Shown in pieces: positions 44,119 through 54,118 of a stretch of DNA of 64,000 bases (positions are counted from its first letter, which is position 1; each line of letters starts with the position of its first letter). Source of the DNA: Mageeibacillus sp. UBA5747 (GTDB lineage: Bacteria > Bacillota > Clostridia > Saccharofermentanales > UBA5734). Below the pieces are notes generated by a model that made no database searches, was not told the DNA's origin, and saw nothing but the letters and a program-made list of their open reading frames with translations. The stretch lies in NCBI GenBank assembly GCA_002419145.1, contig DIFN01000076.1:51620-115619 (forward strand). The letters are read 5' to 3'. Both the position numbers and the translations under genes were made by a program.

Positions 44119-45460
44119 AGAATTCCTTGTACAATTCCTTGACTGCATAATTGCAGTACTCTTCGCGGACTCCAAACATGACGCTGATTTCGGAGGCGCC
44201 CTGGTTGATGATTTCCAAGTTGACACCGGCCTTGGAGAGGGCACTGGCTGCCCGGGCGGTGACACCGACGGTATGGGCCATGGCCTCGCCAACAATCATG
44301 ACGATGGCCAGGTTGCGGTCCACCGAGATCTTCTCGATGCCAACTTCATCGACCAGGCGCCGCACTACTTGCTTTTCTTTCTCCGGGGTGAATACGTCCT
44401 GGCGCATGACAATGGACAGGGAGTCCATTCCGGAAGGCATGTGTTCGAAAGGGATGCAGGCGTCAGCCAGAATCTTGAGGACCCGCAGGACAAAGCCCAC
44501 CTCGCGGTTCATGAGGTACTTGGACATGTTGAGGGTGCAAAAGCCCTTGGCACCGGCGATGCCTGTGACGATGCTGTCGAAATTGATCCGGCTTTTCACG
44601 ATCATGGTGCCACGGGCGGTGGGATTGTTGGTGTTGCGGATATTGACCGGGATAGCCTTGCGATAGGCCGGGGTCAGGGCTTCTTCATGCAGGACGGTGA
44701 ATCCGGCGTAGGCCAGTTCCCGCATCTCGTCATAGGTGATTTCCGAGATCGCATGGGGATTGGTGACCAGGTTGGGATTGACCGCGTAGACAGAATCGAC
44801 ATCGGTCCAGTTTTCGTAAACCTTGGCGTCGACTGCTGCCGCCAGGATGGACCCTGTAATGTCTGAACCACCCCGCGAAAAGGTGGCAACTTCACCCGAA
44901 CGGGTGTAACCAAAAAAGCCCGGGAAAACGACGATACCCGGATAGTCCCTGAGCTGTGCGAGCCTGGGATAGGAATCATCGAGCACTTGGGCATTGCCAA
45001 ACTCGTCGCTCAGGAGCAACCCGGCAGTGCGGGGATCGAAATACTGGGCCTTTTTGCCAATGCTCTGGAGATAGTCCGCGACCAGGCGGGCACAATTGTC
45101 CTCACCTGCGGCTTTGAGCGAGTCCATGAACTTCAATGAATTGGCCGGATCGGCTGCAATGCGGGCCCGAAGGTCACGCTCAATCGTTGCTACGATATCA
45201 GATCCGAGCTCGAGTTCCTCGGCAATGTCAGCGAAACGGCGGACGACGGCTGTGAGCTCGCTTTCGCCATCATAACCACTGATCCTGGCGTTGGCCAAAG
45301 CAATCAGAAGATCTGTCACTTTAATGTCTTCCCGAGTGCGCTTGCCCGGTGCGGATACTATCATGATCCGGCGATCAGGGTCACTGAGGACGATGTCACA
45401 GGCCTTGCGGATCTGTTCAGCATTTGCGAGGGAAGTACCACCAAACTTGCAGACTTTCAT
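44108..45460 (-). CDS. lysC: Aspartate kinase
   Basis: Start at MKVCKFGGTSL with an AAGGAG RBS. Amino-acid kinase domain followed by two C-terminal ACT domains. Confidence 0.9.
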   Translation of the reverse strand: MKVCKFGGTSLANAEQIRKACDIVLSDPDRRIMIVSAPGKRTREDIKVTDLLIALANARISGYDGESELTAVVRRFADIAEELELGSDIVATIERDLRARIAADPANSLKFMDSLKAAGEDNCARLVADYLQSIGKKAQYFDPRTAGLLLSDEFGNAQVLDDSYPRLAQLRDYPGIVVFPGFFGYTRSGEVATFSRGGSDITGSILAAAVDAKVYENWTDVDSVYAVNPNLVTNPHAISEITYDEMRELAYAGFTVLHEEALTPAYRKAIPVNIRNTNNPTARGTMIVKSRINFDSIVTGIAGAKGFCTLNMSKYLMNREVGFVLRVLKILADACIPFEHMPSGMDSLSIVMRQDVFTPEKEKQVVRRLVDEVGIEKISVDRNLAIVMIVGEAMAHTVGVTARAASALSKAGVNLEIINQGASEISVMFGVREEYCNYAVKELYKEFFNR

Positions 45461-45489
45461 GTAGTATGACTCCTTCATTAATCAAACCA

Positions 45490-45518
45490 ATTATATGTAA
45501 GGGGGACCATGATTTCAA
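45490..45518 (-). promoter_or_regulatory. Candidate sigma-A promoter for lysC
   Basis: On the minus strand: TTGAAA, 17-bp spacer, TATAAT. Leaves a leader of only about 20-25 nt. Confidence 0.55.
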
Positions 45519-45595
45519 GCAAAGACTTGATCTGATGCTGCAGTTAGCCGATACTGAAGATGTCAGAGCGTTGAAATCACGACAAGGGGGGCTCA

Positions 45596-46123
45596 TTGCT
45601 ACAGTCATGGGTTGAAAAACTGAAACCGGATCGGATCTATCCATCCATTGAACAGATAGACTTCCGGTCGCTTAGAGCCCAGGGGATCCGTCTGGTGCTT
45701 CTGGACATTGACAACACGCTGGTCCGCCACGGCTCGCACCAGCCGGATGCTTATGCAAGAAGAGCTGTTGAGTCCATTCAAAACGCCGGTCTGGTCCCTG
45801 TTATTGTCTCGAATGCCAAGCCATCACGGGCCCGCACTTTTGCCGCTGGCCTGGGTATCGACTGTATCGACAGGGCCAACAAACCCGCCACCACTGGCCT
45901 GCTCCGCGCCTGTCGTCAGGCAGGTATTGACCCAAGTGCAGCTGCCATGATCGGTGACCAGCTATTCACGGACATCCTCGCTGCCCGCCGGGCACGAGTC
46001 CTGGCCATCCTGGTGCAGCCGCTTGATCCGCGGGAAATCTGGAACGTGGCCTTCAAACGCTGGTTTGAAGCGCCTTTTCTACGCCGTTATGCCAAGGATG
46101 AAACCTTGTGGCCACGGCAGTGA
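45596..46123 (+). CDS. yqeG: YqeG family HAD-IIIA phosphatase
   Basis: 175 aa with a TTG start 5 nt after a GGGGGG RBS. Motifs LLDIDNTLV, VSNA and GDQLFTDI. Confidence 0.8.
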   Translation: MLQSWVEKLKPDRIYPSIEQIDFRSLRAQGIRLVLLDIDNTLVRHGSHQPDAYARRAVESIQNAGLVPVIVSNAKPSRARTFAAGLGIDCIDRANKPATTGLLRACRQAGIDPSAAAMIGDQLFTDILAARRARVLAILVQPLDPREIWNVAFKRWFEAPFLRRYAKDETLWPRQ

Positions 46124-46134
46124 GAACAAAACTC

Positions 46135-46164
46135 TTGCCAACCCTGTGTCCTATCAACTAGAAT
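46135..46164 (+). promoter_or_regulatory. Candidate promoter for efp
   Basis: TTGCCA, 18-bp spacer, TAGAAT. A second TAGAAT lies 9 nt downstream. Confidence 0.45.
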
Positions 46165-46225
46165 AATATAGAATTTTTTGAACGAGGCTGGATTATAACT
46201 ATAAAAGAACCGGTCGGGAGGTTTT

Positions 46226-46789
46226 ATGATCAGTGCAGGTGATTTTCGCAACGGTGTGACATTCGAAATGGATAACCAGGTTTACCAGGTGATCGAATTC
46301 CAGCATGTCAAGCCAGGCAAGGGTGCAGCCTTTGTTCGGACCAAATACCGCAACGTCAAGACTGGCGGCGTGGTTGAACGCAGTTTCAACCCTTCCGACA
46401 AATTCGAACAAGCCCAGCTGGAACGCCGGGATATGAACTACCTTTATAATGATGGGGATTTGTATTATTTCATGGATGTCGACACGTATGACCAGGTGCC
46501 TTTTTCCGGTCAGGCCATCGGCGATGCCCTGAAGTTCCTCAAGGAAAACATGGTGTGCAAGGTCGTCTCCTACAAAGGTGAAGTTTTCGGCATCGAACCA
46601 CCGATCTTCGTCGAACTGGAAATCATCGACTGCGATCCTGGTGTCAAGGGCGATACAGCCCAGAATGCGACCAAGAGTGCCACGGTTGAGACCGGTGCCA
46701 CCATCAAGGTGCCCCTGTTTGTCAACCAGGGTGACATCGTCCGTATTGATACGCGTACAGGCGAATACATGGAACGCGTCAAAGCCTGA
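46226..46789 (+). CDS. efp: Elongation factor P
   Basis: 187 aa with the canonical N-terminus [10 protein letters not shown]...[13 protein letters not shown]. Confidence 0.93.
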   Translation: MISAGDFRNGVTFEMDNQVYQVIEFQHVKPGKGAAFVRTKYRNVKTGGVVERSFNPSDKFEQAQLERRDMNYLYNDGDLYYFMDVDTYDQVPFSGQAIGDALKFLKENMVCKVVSYKGEVFGIEPPIFVELEIIDCDPGVKGDTAQNATKSATVETGATIKVPLFVNQGDIVRIDTRTGEYMERVKA

Positions 46790-46795
46790 CGATCG

Positions 46796-47176
46796 ATGCC
46801 AGAGTCAGACAGAGCCCAGTCGATCCGCGGTGAACGCACGATGTCGAAAGGCTTCGTGGCCCAGTATGCTGCTCAGGCAGCTCTCCAGACTGCCGGTGTG
46901 GCTGACCTGGAACCAGGCAGCCTGGTCACTTTGAAAGAATCGATCGGGATCGAGCACGAAGGCCGCGGCGTTTCGGTTGTTTTCCAGCCGGACCACGATG
47001 AACTGGTCACCATTACCATCTACCCTGTGATCTACTTTGGATCGATCCTGCCAGAAGTAGCCTGGTCGATCCAGGAGCGGGTCAAGGCAGATGTTGAAAA
47101 ATACACAGGCCTGATCGTTGATGCCGTCCATGTCCATGTCAAGGGTGTGATCGCAAGGGAGGAAAACCGCAAATGA
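46796..47176 (+). CDS. Asp23/Gls24 family envelope stress protein
   Basis: Asp23 pattern (AAQAALQTAGVADLE..., VHVHVKGV). The start is uncertain: ATG at 46796 or ATG at 46841. Confidence 0.78.
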   Translation: MPESDRAQSIRGERTMSKGFVAQYAAQAALQTAGVADLEPGSLVTLKESIGIEHEGRGVSVVFQPDHDELVTITIYPVIYFGSILPEVAWSIQERVKADVEKYTGLIVDAVHVHVKGVIAREENRK

Positions 47177-47724
47177 ATCCACTGGTCCGCACAGCCCTGA
47201 TCCTGTTTTCTTTCATTCTGACCGTCTTTACCTTCATCTTTTTGATGATGCTCTTGAGTTCGGATGTCTTAAGCGCCATGATCCTGGTCCTGACCCGCCT
47301 GACCGAACAGACCTCAACCCGTCTGGCCGGCCTTTTGCTGGCTGCTCTGGTTATTGTCGTTTCCCTGACCTCACTCGTCTATGCGATCATGAGCGGCCGG
47401 TTGCGGCGGACCCGCGTCCGGTCCAATGAGATCGGCGAGATCGATATCGGCGTCGATGCCATTGAGAGCATCGCCCTCAATTCCGCCAAGACAGCCCAGT
47501 GTGGCATCAAGACAGCCAAAGCGAGGGTAGCCCCATTCAAAGGCGACAAGATCGTCATCCATTTGACCGCAGTCCTGTATTCAGATGTCGAAGTGCCGGT
47601 CATGATGGCCAAGGTCCAGGAGCGCATCAAAAAAGACATCGAACGCTACACCGGGATCTCGGTCGGCCAGGTCCTGATCAAAGTGTCCCGCGTCGAACCA
47701 GTAGCCGCTCGGGTGGAGCGCTGA
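47173..47724 (+). CDS. amaP: Alkaline shock response membrane anchor protein AmaP-like
   Basis: 183 aa with two N-terminal TM helices. Position and architecture, next to Asp23 and DUF2273 genes, are typical of AmaP. Confidence 0.7.
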   Translation: MNPLVRTALILFSFILTVFTFIFLMMLLSSDVLSAMILVLTRLTEQTSTRLAGLLLAALVIVVSLTSLVYAIMSGRLRRTRVRSNEIGEIDIGVDAIESIALNSAKTAQCGIKTAKARVAPFKGDKIVIHLTAVLYSDVEVPVMMAKVQERIKKDIERYTGISVGQVLIKVSRVEPVAARVER

Positions 47725-47730
47725 CCGGAC

Positions 47731-47967
47731 ATGAAAAGCGTCTGGCAGAACTTGCATTCGATCCTGAAGGACAAAAACCCGGCTCTCATTGGCGCCGGAG
47801 TTGGTCTTTCCCTGGCTCTGGCGCTGGTCATTTTTGGTTTCTGGAAAACTTTGTTTATCCTGGGATTGACGGCAGGCGGCTATTATCTGGGCAACTGGCT
47901 GTTTTCAAATCCTGATGACTTCCGGAATTTGCTGGATAAAATTTTACCACCGGGGAAATTCCGGTAG
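47731..47967 (+). CDS. DUF2273-type small integral membrane protein
   Basis: 78 aa with two TM helices. Conserved partner of Asp23/AmaP. Confidence 0.65.
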   Translation: MKSVWQNLHSILKDKNPALIGAGVGLSLALALVIFGFWKTLFILGLTAGGYYLGNWLFSNPDDFRNLLDKILPPGKFR

Positions 47968-47982
47968 AAGGATCGTTCAACC

Positions 47983-48408
47983 ATGAGTCGTCGCGAATCA
48001 CGCGAAAAAGCGTTCATGTTCCTGTACCAGCTGGAAATCCAGAAGGGCGATGCAACCCGGCAGCTGGCAGATTTCCTGACAGAGCGTGAAGTCGGGGAAA
48101 ATGACCAGGAATACTTGCTTGCCCTGGTTGAGGGCGTATCTAACCAGAAGCCTGCCCTGGACGAAAAAATCGCCCCGCTGCTCAAACGCTGGACCATCGA
48201 CCGCTTGCCCCGGATCGATCTGACCATCCTGAGGATTGCGGTTTATGAAATGGCTTTCCGTCCCGACATACCAGCCAATGTCGCCATTTCAGAAGCTGTT
48301 CACCTGGCCAAGAAATACTCCAGCGAAGAATCCAAGAATTACATCAATGCTGTGCTGGGTAAAATCAGCCAGATGAAAGTCGAGTCTGGCAATGAGCCAG
48401 CCCATTAG
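47983..48408 (+). CDS. nusB: Transcription antitermination factor NusB
   Basis: 141 aa with RESREKAFMFLYQ and ISEAVHLAKKYS motifs. Confidence 0.9.
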   Translation: MSRRESREKAFMFLYQLEIQKGDATRQLADFLTEREVGENDQEYLLALVEGVSNQKPALDEKIAPLLKRWTIDRLPRIDLTILRIAVYEMAFRPDIPANVAISEAVHLAKKYSSEESKNYINAVLGKISQMKVESGNEPAH

Positions 48409-49606
48409 TGTTACCGAACTGAATCACTATGTCGCTTTGTATCTGGAGAAAAATGAGCTCCTCCATTCGATCCAAGTCAAAGGCGAGATCTCAGGCCTGA
48501 AAGCCTACGCTTCCGGTCATTTGTATTTCACACTCAAAGATGCCAATGCCCAGGTCAGCTGTGTCATGTTCAAAGGCCAGGCCATGCGGCTGCGCTTCAA
48601 ACCCGTTGACGGCACGGCTGTGGTGGTCACTGCCAAGGCATCCCTCTATGACCGGGATGGCAAATTCCAGCTCTATGTGTCATCCATGAACGCCGATGGC
48701 ATCGGTGATTTATACCTGGCCTTTGAACAGCTGAAAAAACGGCTGGAAGATGAGGGATTGTTTGATCCCACCCACAAAAAGGCGATTCCGCGCCTGCCCA
48801 AAGCCATTGGGGTGGTGACTTCACCCTCTGGTGCCGTCATCCGGGATATCATTCAGGTCCTCAGCCGGCGCTTCCCCAATTTCCGTCTCCAGTTGATCCC
48901 GGTCCAAGTCCAGGGCGAGGGAGCGGCAGCCAGCATTGCCGCGGCCATCGACCGGTTCAACCAGTTGGGAAGTGTCGATGTCCTGATCGTTGGTCGGGGC
49001 GGCGGTTCGCTCGAAGACCTCTGGGCTTTCAATGAGGAAGTGGTGGCCAGAAGTGTTTATCGCTCGAAAATCCCGATTATATCGGCAGTCGGCCACGAGA
49101 CAGACTTTACCATCTGTGATTTTGTGGCTGATGTGCGTGCCCCGACTCCTTCGGCAGCAGCTGAACTGGCCATGCCGGTCAAAAGTGAGGAAGAAGACAA
49201 AATCGCACATCTGGAAAATCGCCTGTATCAAGCCCTAAGGCGCAGAACCCAGCTGGAAAATCAACGTCTGGATGCGCTTATCAGCCGACCTGTCCTGGCC
49301 TCGCCCCTGATGCGGATCGAAACGGAACAGCGTGAACTAGAAACCCTGGTTCATCACCTGCGCTCCGCCGGGCAGGCTCAGCTGAACCGTTCTGAGCGCA
49401 ATTTCGCCGTTTTGTCTGGCAAGCTGGATGCATTAAGCCCTTTGAAAGTTCTGGCGCGCGGCTATGCCGTCGCCCGGGATGCTCAGGGGAAAAGCCTGGT
49501 TTCAACCGCACTGGTCCAGCCCGGAGATCTGATTGATGTCTGGCTCAGTGACGGTCGTCTCGACTGCACGGTCAACCAGATCCGTGAAAGGAGTTTTTCT
49601 TCATGA
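48392..49606 (+). CDS. xseA: Exodeoxyribonuclease VII large subunit
   Basis: 404 aa with an OB-fold N-terminus (SVTELN...VKGEIS) and a catalytic core (VGRGGGSLEDLWAFN). Confidence 0.9.
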   Translation: MSQPISVTELNHYVALYLEKNELLHSIQVKGEISGLKAYASGHLYFTLKDANAQVSCVMFKGQAMRLRFKPVDGTAVVVTAKASLYDRDGKFQLYVSSMNADGIGDLYLAFEQLKKRLEDEGLFDPTHKKAIPRLPKAIGVVTSPSGAVIRDIIQVLSRRFPNFRLQLIPVQVQGEGAAASIAAAIDRFNQLGSVDVLIVGRGGGSLEDLWAFNEEVVARSVYRSKIPIISAVGHETDFTICDFVADVRAPTPSAAAELAMPVKSEEEDKIAHLENRLYQALRRRTQLENQRLDALISRPVLASPLMRIETEQRELETLVHHLRSAGQAQLNRSERNFAVLSGKLDALSPLKVLARGYAVARDAQGKSLVSTALVQPGDLIDVWLSDGRLDCTVNQIRERSFSS

Positions 49607-49866
49607 TGGAAAGCACAACCCCGGCTGCAGGGGCCACTCCGGAACTCAGTTATGAACAAGCGTTCCGCCAGCTCGAACTCATTGTCAGCCGCCTGGAAAG
49701 TGGCGAAACAACGCTGGACGAGTCGGTGGCTTTGTTTCAGGAAGGTATGAGCCTGGCCAAGATCTGCGCCGCTAAACTGGCAGCCATTGAACATCAGATC
49801 AGCGAGCTGCTGGTCAACGATGACGCTACCATTCGTGAAAGACCCTTTGGTGAAATGGATGTTTAG
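49603..49866 (+). CDS. xseB: Exodeoxyribonuclease VII small subunit
   Basis: 87 aa with SYEQAFRQLELIVSRLESGETTLDESVALFQEGMSL. ATGA overlap with xseA. Confidence 0.88.
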   Translation: MMESTTPAAGATPELSYEQAFRQLELIVSRLESGETTLDESVALFQEGMSLAKICAAKLAAIEHQISELLVNDDATIRERPFGEMDV

Positions 49867-50749
49867 CCAGCAATACCAGATCTACCTGGACCAGTTCGAA
49901 CCTTACCTGGATCGAGCTTTTCCAGAACGGGAACAAGCGTGGGGCGGGGAAGTGACAACGGCTGCCCGGTATAGTCTGCTGGCTGGCGGTAAACGCATCC
50001 GTCCGGTTCTTGCCTTGGCCACGATGACTTGTCTTGGGGCTGACCCTGTGCTGGCACTGCCCTATGCAGCCGCCCTGGAGATGATTCATACCTATTCCTT
50101 GATCCATGATGATTTGCCCTGCATGGATAACGACGATTTGCGCCGTGGCCGGCCCACATGTCACAAGCAATTTGGTGAAGCACTGGCTGTGCTCGCGGGG
50201 GATGCTCTGCTTAACCGCGCCTTCGAGGTCATGCTGGATGACATGACAACCGGATGTCAGAACAAGGTGGAGGCAGCCCGAATCATTGCTTACGCCGCCG
50301 GTTCATCCGGCATGATCGCTGGCCAGACCTTGGATCTAGAAGCCGAAAACCAAGCGATTTCCCCTGAAAACCTGGAGCGGCTGCATCAGCTGAAGACGGG
50401 GCAGCTGATTCTGGCCCCGGTCCTGGCCGCCTGTGCTTTGGCGGGCGCATCTGCAGCCTTGACCAGCCATTTCCAGACCTTTGCCGCAAACTTGGGCTTG
50501 GCTTTCCAGATCCAGGATGACATCCTCGATGTCACGGCTTCCGAAAGCAGGCTGGGCAAGTCGACCGGGAAAGATCAAAGAGACCAGAAATCGACCTATG
50601 TCACACTTTTTGGCCTGGACACAGCCCGGACTTTCCTCAAAGAAGCTACCCGGCAGGCCAAGCAAGCACTGGGGGCTGCAGCCGGGCAGGGTTACGATAC
50701 GACTTTTCTTGAAGATCTGGCGGATTACTTGCTGCAGCGGGACCACTGA
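49859..50749 (+). CDS. ispA: Farnesyl diphosphate synthase (polyprenyl synthetase)
   Basis: Start at MFSQQYQ, overlapping the xseB end. Carries the first (LIHDDLPCMDNDDLRRG) and second (FQIQDDILD) aspartate-rich motifs. Confidence 0.88.
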   Translation: MFSQQYQIYLDQFEPYLDRAFPEREQAWGGEVTTAARYSLLAGGKRIRPVLALATMTCLGADPVLALPYAAALEMIHTYSLIHDDLPCMDNDDLRRGRPTCHKQFGEALAVLAGDALLNRAFEVMLDDMTTGCQNKVEAARIIAYAAGSSGMIAGQTLDLEAENQAISPENLERLHQLKTGQLILAPVLAACALAGASAALTSHFQTFAANLGLAFQIQDDILDVTASESRLGKSTGKDQRDQKSTYVTLFGLDTARTFLKEATRQAKQALGAAAGQGYDTTFLEDLADYLLQRDH

Positions 50750-50750
50750 T

Positions 50751-52631
50751 ATGGGAAACATACTCGATCATTTACACACGCCCGAGGAGATCAAGCAGCT
50801 ATCACTGGAAGAGCAACAAACTCTGGCCAGTGAATTGCGTGCCCGGATCATTGAACAGGTTTCGAAGACAGGGGGCCACCTGGCGTCCAACCTTGGTGTG
50901 GTCGAACTGACGATTGCTTTGCTTGCTGTCTATGATTTCCGCAAGGACCGGATCATTTTTGATGTCGGGCACCAGAGCTATGCTTGGAAGCTCCTGACCG
51001 GAAGATCCGGCATGTTTGCTAGTTTGCGCCAGAAATCAGGCTTGTCCGGATTCCCCAAACGATCTGAAAGCCCTTATGACTTTTTTAATACCGGCCACAG
51101 CAGCACATCCATTTCAGCTGCTCTTGGCATGGTCCGAGCAATGGAAAACAATCATGAGCCAGGCCGGGTAATTGCGCTGATCGGTGATGGTGCATTGACA
51201 GGCGGCATGGCTTTCGAAGCACTCAATGACGCTGGCATGTCTAAGGCCCGCCTGGTGGTGATCATCAACGACAACCAGATGTCGATCGGCAAAAATGTCG
51301 GTGGTCTGGCCCATCATCTGGAAAACCTGCGCATCTCACGGCGCTATATCCGTTTGAAAACGGCACTGGAAATGATCCTCCGCAAGATCCCCTTGCTAGG
51401 TCCGCAGGTGCTGCAAGTTCTCCAGCAGGTCAAGAAAATGGACCGCATGGTTCTCCGGCGGTCTGGCATTTTTTTCGAGCAGCTGGGTTTCCGGTATTAT
51501 GGTCCGATCGATGGGCACGACCTGAAAGCCTTGAAACGTCATTTAGCCAATCTCGAGGCAGTGGATGGACCTGTCGTTCTCCATGTCATCACACAGAAAG
51601 GCCGTGGCTACACATTTGCTGAGCAGGCTCCGGATATCTACCACGGGGTAGCTCCCTTTGAAGTCGAGCAGGGAGTCTGCCCGGTTGGCCAACCAGAATG
51701 CCTGACCTATTCGGACATATTTGGCCAGACGTTGCTGGCCAGAGCTCAGGAAAACCCGCAGATCTGTGCCATTTCAGCTGCGATGACCAGCGGCACGGGG
51801 CTAAAGCCATTTGCCGACGCCTTGCCGCACCGCTTTTTTGATGTCGGTATCGCTGAACAACATGCCGCCACTTTGGCTGCAGGAATGGCTGCCGGTGGTG
51901 CCAGACCGGTGCTGGCCTTGTATTCGACTTTCCTGCAGCGGGCTTATGACCAGATATTGCACGATATTTGCCTGCAAAACCTGCCTGTTGTCCTGGCAAT
52001 TGACCGGGCAGGCATTGTTGGTGAAGATGGCGAGACGCACCAGGGGATTTATGATTTAAACTTGCTTCTGACCTTGCCCGAGATTGAGATCCTCTGTCCG
52101 GCAGACGGACGGGCGCTGGAAAAAGCCTTGGATAAGGCTCTGAAAAATGGGCATCCGACGGCTGTCCGGTATCCCAGAGGTGCTGCAGTGACGATCCCTG
52201 GTTGTTTTGATCCGGCCAGTTTCACCATCCAGGTCGTCAGACCGGGGGCCGATATGACCGTGGCTGCAGTCGGAACGTTGCTGTCAGAGGCCCTGGAAGC
52301 AGCCCGGATCCTCAGCGAAGAGGGCTTCGAGTGTGAAGTTCTGTCCGTCCAGACAGCCAAGCCCTTTGATTACAAAACCTTGATCGCATCCCTCCAGAAA
52401 ACGCACACCCTGCTCTTTGCCGAAGAGACTGTTTCTGCTGGATCCTTAGGGCAGATGATTCTGCCAGAGATCATCCAGGCTGTTCCAGACTGCCAGTTCC
52501 ATCTGGCAGCGATCTGCGACGAGCCCCTGCATCAGGGTAAGCGCAGCCAGCTGTTGTGTGACCAGGGACTGGATGCGCTCAGTCTGGCCAGACAGGCCAG
52601 GCAACTTTGCAACCACACCGTCCGAGTCTGA
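50751..52631 (+). CDS. dxs: 1-deoxy-D-xylulose-5-phosphate synthase
   Basis: Start at MGNILDHL, 1 nt after the ispA stop. Thiamine-diphosphate motif GDGALTGGMAFEALN...IINDN. Confidence 0.92.
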   Translation: MGNILDHLHTPEEIKQLSLEEQQTLASELRARIIEQVSKTGGHLASNLGVVELTIALLAVYDFRKDRIIFDVGHQSYAWKLLTGRSGMFASLRQKSGLSGFPKRSESPYDFFNTGHSSTSISAALGMVRAMENNHEPGRVIALIGDGALTGGMAFEALNDAGMSKARLVVIINDNQMSIGKNVGGLAHHLENLRISRRYIRLKTALEMILRKIPLLGPQVLQVLQQVKKMDRMVLRRSGIFFEQLGFRYYGPIDGHDLKALKRHLANLEAVDGPVVLHVITQKGRGYTFAEQAPDIYHGVAPFEVEQGVCPVGQPECLTYSDIFGQTLLARAQENPQICAISAAMTSGTGLKPFADALPHRFFDVGIAEQHAATLAAGMAAGGARPVLALYSTFLQRAYDQILHDICLQNLPVVLAIDRAGIVGEDGETHQGIYDLNLLLTLPEIEILCPADGRALEKALDKALKNGHPTAVRYPRGAAVTIPGCFDPASFTIQVVRPGADMTVAAVGTLLSEALEAARILSEEGFECEVLSVQTAKPFDYKTLIASLQKTHTLLFAEETVSAGSLGQMILPEIIQAVPDCQFHLAAICDEPLHQGKRSQLLCDQGLDALSLARQARQLCNHTVRV

Positions 52632-52758
52632 GCAACCTGTATCTTTCGTTCATCTTGTCGAATCCTGGCGTTTTTTGACGGACGATTGGCGGTGAACTTT
52701 TTACCCGCATGCGCTATGATGAAACAAACACAAGCGATAACAGGCAAGGAGAGGCATC

Positions 52759-53619
52759 ATGCGCATAGGAATCTACACCAATGAGGATAAGGACAAAGAC
52801 TGTCGACTTTCACGCGAACTTTCGCGAATGATTGTCCGCCATGGCGGAATCCCTGTCGTGGACGAACAATGTCTGGGCCAGCAGTTTTCCGATATCCAGG
52901 GTGTCGATATTGCCAGTTACGAAACCAGCGACCTCATCATGGTCCTGGGTGGGGACGGCACGTTTCTCAGTGCGGTCCATTTGCCGGGCTGCCAGGATAT
53001 CCCCATCATCGGGGTCAACCTGGGCAGTGTCGGGTTTCTGCAGGAAATCCACCCTGAAAACCTCGAGGACGCGGTCGAACGCCTTCTGGCCGGAGATTCC
53101 TACATCGATCGCCGGATGATGCTAGCCGTCAGTGTCCATGATGCTCAGGGCAATCTGGTCGAATCAGGCCTGTCCATGAATGACGCCGTGATCTCCCGAG
53201 GGGGCAAATCCCGTATCCTGACTTTGGATCTGATCATCGATGACGTTTTCCTGGAGCGCATACCGGGGGATGGCATGATCTTGTCGACGCCCACTGGTTC
53301 GACTGCGTATTCCCTGTCTGCCGGTGGACCGATCGTCCATCCGCGCCTTGAACTGTTGCTGATCACACCCGTCTGCCCGCATACCTTGCACAACCGGAGC
53401 TATCTGACGCCTTCCACCAGCGAGGTGGTGATCGAAATAGTCGATTATCCATACCAGGCGTTGCTAGCCATCGATGGCCGCCGGGAGATTGCCCTCAACA
53501 GTGGGGATCGCGTCGTGGTGCGCAAAGCAGAGCGGGCTTTGCAATTGATCCGCCTCAGTCCGGACCATTTTTTTGCTGACTTGCCTGGCAAGATCCATTT
53601 GCGGGGGAAGACAAGATGA
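52759..53619 (+). CDS. nadK: NAD kinase
   Basis: 286 aa with the motifs GGDGTFL, NLGSVGFL and TPTGSTAYSLSAGGPI. Confidence 0.9.
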   Translation: MRIGIYTNEDKDKDCRLSRELSRMIVRHGGIPVVDEQCLGQQFSDIQGVDIASYETSDLIMVLGGDGTFLSAVHLPGCQDIPIIGVNLGSVGFLQEIHPENLEDAVERLLAGDSYIDRRMMLAVSVHDAQGNLVESGLSMNDAVISRGGKSRILTLDLIIDDVFLERIPGDGMILSTPTGSTAYSLSAGGPIVHPRLELLLITPVCPHTLHNRSYLTPSTSEVVIEIVDYPYQALLAIDGRREIALNSGDRVVVRKAERALQLIRLSPDHFFADLPGKIHLRGKTR

Positions 53620-54107
53620 GACCAGACAAGATCGAACGCCAGTCCCGACTTTTGCAGCTGATCCGCGACAAGGATCTTGCGACCCAGGAAGAATTGGTTC
53701 AGGCTATGCGCTCGAGTGGCATGGATGTCACCCAGGCCACGGTGTCCCGCGATATCAAGGAACTGGGCATTGTCAAGGTCATGACCGGGACTGGCACCCA
53801 GAAATATGTCTCCATGCAACGCACGGGAGAATCGATCTCCGGCCGTCTGATGAAAATCTATGCGGAATCAGTCCTGTCCGTAGATCTGGCTCTGAACCTG
53901 ATCGTGATCAGGACCATGCCCGGCATGGCTCAGGCTTGTGCATCCGCTCTGGATTCCATGCGCCTGTCGGATCTGGTAGGAACTTTGGCTGGCGATGATA
54001 CTGTTTTTATCGCGACGCGTTCAGCCGAACAAGCTGAGCAGATGGCTGAAGTCCTCTCCCGCCTGATTGCACCCGGTTTTGGTTCAAACCAGCCGACAGA
54101 AGGGTAG
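53616..54107 (+). CDS. argR: Arginine repressor
   Basis: 163 aa with a winged-helix N-terminus (TQEELV...VTQATVSRDIKELG) and a C-terminal GTLAGDDT motif. Confidence 0.88.
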   Translation: MRPDKIERQSRLLQLIRDKDLATQEELVQAMRSSGMDVTQATVSRDIKELGIVKVMTGTGTQKYVSMQRTGESISGRLMKIYAESVLSVDLALNLIVIRTMPGMAQACASALDSMRLSDLVGTLAGDDTVFIATRSAEQAEQMAEVLSRLIAPGFGSNQPTEG

Positions 54108-54118
54108 GAGGCTTGGCC

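Noticed and set aside
45509-45535. Tiny ORF MISSKDLI after a GGGGGA RBS-like sequence, between lysC and yqeG
   Set aside because: It is too short to evaluate, and it overlaps the minus-strand lysC promoter. There is no evidence that it acts as a leader peptide.
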